Virus record (IMG/VR): IMGVR_UViG_3300035698_016830 | Span: 29,237 to 93,236 of that record | Length of the DNA stretch: 64,000 nucleotides | Direction: 5' to 3' (one strand) | Source: a virus | In this document: positions 62,632 through 64,000 of the stretch, one piece after another | How the letters are laid out: each line of letters begins with the position of its first letter | How positions within the stretch are numbered: position 1 is the stretch's first letter | Notes under the pieces: generated by a model | What the model saw: only the letters and a program-made list of their open reading frames with translations | What the model was told of the DNA's origin: nothing | Database searches by the model: none | Program-made: the position numbers and the translations under genes

Positions 62632-62990
62632 TGAGTAGAGAAATGAAATTTAGGGCTTGGCACAAAGAAGCTTGTGTTATGCTCTATCAAAAAGAAACGA
62701 ATCTTGGTTCCTGGTTTGATCACGAAGCTTATCCTCAAGGGGCCTTTATTTATGAGCAAGTTACAGGACAAACAGATAAGAATGATGTTGAGCCCTATGA
62801 AAATGATATTGTGGAATGCATTAAAACAGACAGGTACGAAGCTTGTTTTTGTGTGATAGAATATCAAGCTGAGTTTGGAAAATATGTTGGCGTTCGTTGC
62901 GGGTATGCTCAAGATATAGGAATGAAATGGTTATCAAGTTTTGGAGAAAAAGTTGGGAATGTACATGAAAATGAGGAGCTAGTAAAATGA
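62631..62990 (+). CDS. YopX-family phage protein
   Basis: REMKFRAW, QVTGQTDKN..YE.DI, VGNVHEN.EL. Confidence 0.88.
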   Translation: MSREMKFRAWHKEACVMLYQKETNLGSWFDHEAYPQGAFIYEQVTGQTDKNDVEPYENDIVECIKTDRYEACFCVIEYQAEFGKYVGVRCGYAQDIGMKWLSSFGEKVGNVHENEELVK

Positions 62991-63442
62991 AACTTTTAGT
63001 GTATGATTTTGATGGCGTAATGACAGATAACAAAGTTCTTGTGACAGAAAATGGAATGGAGATCGTAATTTGTAATAGGAGTGATGGACTTGGGGTAAGA
63101 ATGATAAGAGAACTAGGGATAGAGCAACTTATTTTAAGTACTGAAACTAATCGAGTAGTCAAAGCTAGGGCTGATAAATTAAAATTAGACTCCATTTATG
63201 GTAGTACTAATAAATTGGAATCTTTAAAAGCTCATTGTGACTCACGAGATATAGAGTTAAAAGATGTCGCTTTTGTAGGAAATGATATAAACGACTTGGG
63301 GGTCATGAAAGCTTGTGGTGAATCCTGGTGTCCTCGTGATTCTCATCCAGTTATTTTAGATGCTGCTGATATGATCCTAACATCTTGCGGTGGTGCTGGG
63401 GTAGTCCGCGAATTAGCAGAAATATTAAAAGGAAGCTATTGA
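62987..63442 (+). CDS. KdsC-like HAD phosphatase (ulosonate-phosphate phosphatase)
   Basis: YDFDGVMTDN, RSDGLG, FVGNDINDL, GGAGVVRE. Confidence 0.88.
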   Translation: MKLLVYDFDGVMTDNKVLVTENGMEIVICNRSDGLGVRMIRELGIEQLILSTETNRVVKARADKLKLDSIYGSTNKLESLKAHCDSRDIELKDVAFVGNDINDLGVMKACGESWCPRDSHPVILDAADMILTSCGGAGVVRELAEILKGSY

Positions 63443-63666
63443 AAGTTGTATAACTAAGAAACGAATTACTTTTAAAGAAGGAACGCAGCAATGAGTAAAG
63501 AACCTAATGATCAAGAACGGGCAGGCTTTTTATGGCCTTGTGATGAAGGCTCTGTAGAAGAAGCTGGATATGAAGTTATAAATGCAAACACTGAAGATTA
63601 TAGAAAACAGTGGTGGGAGATTCTTTTACAAAGAATGGAAAGAAGAATATATAAAGGAATGCAACA

Positions 63667-64000
63667 ATGAAACAAGGGCTAACAAAAAGGCGCATACCCA
63701 ATAAATCACAAACCAAAATCATCATTCTAATGCCAGCACCATTAGACAATAAAATTGATGCTGGCGCTGCAATATGGTGTTCACACCAATTGTCTAAGTA
63801 TAATTGTGTTTGGGAAGTCATCCCAGCACGGCAGGCAGAGGATGCTAGGAACTTCGGAATACAAAAATACATAGGGGATCAGACCTTCACACATTTCTTT
63901 TTCTTGGATGCGGACACCATACCACCTATGAACTGCCTTGACTTGCTGTTAAGGCGTGATAAGGCCTTTGTGGCTGGCGTTACCCCTATTTACGACTGGA
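63667..64000 (+). CDS. GT2-like glycosyltransferase, runs off the window end
   Basis: Read manually: ARN.., FFLDADTIPP, AFVAGVTP. Confidence 0.65.
   Translation, partial: MKQGLTKRRIPNKSQTKIIILMPAPLDNKIDAGAAIWCSHQLSKYNCVWEVIPARQAEDARNFGIQKYIGDQTFTHFFFLDADTIPPMNCLDLLLRRDKAFVAGVTPIYDW

Noticed and set aside
1-64000. Minus-strand ORFs in the supplied track; integrase, repressor or att site
   Set aside because: All minus-strand ORFs lie opposite better-supported plus-strand genes and lack motifs. No lysogeny genes were recognised, so lifestyle cannot be assigned from this window.

Overview
This window is part of a large, AT-rich tailed dsDNA phage genome. Essentially all credible genes are on the + strand; no integrase, rRNA or CRISPR array is visible. 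1-19.9 kb: 7-deazaguanine DNA-modification genes (FolE2 end, DpdA/TGT-like), then a replication/recombination module (beta clamp, SNF2-like helicase, N4/N6 and C5 methyltransferases, UDG-fused family A polymerase, intein-containing DnaX, UvsY, gp32-like SSB, RecA, resolvase, SbcCD, PRTase, MazG). 20-36 kb: many small ORFs behind a repeated promoter/operator cassette, plus an amidase, duplicated Ser-(Gly/Arg/Trp) repeat genes, TerS, HNH, CsrA and tRNA or tRNA-like genes. 36-46 kb: dispersed head genes (TerL, portal, MuF-intein-ADP-ribosyltransferase fusion, scaffold; no major capsid gene seen). 50-64 kb: a large glycosylation and nonulosonic (sialic-like) acid cluster. Most unusual: (1) a complete DUF559/Vsr-like endonuclease gene with its own RBS nested out of frame inside the DnaX intein; (2) a tRNA scaffold carrying inserted hairpins in both the anticodon loop and the T stem; (3) a phage-borne nonulosonate pathway whose tailoring genes carry nonsense lesions; (4) a C5 methyltransferase with motif IX in a nested alternative frame. 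All product calls come from recognising motifs by eye, not from database searches. Several homopolymer frameshifts may be sequencing errors.
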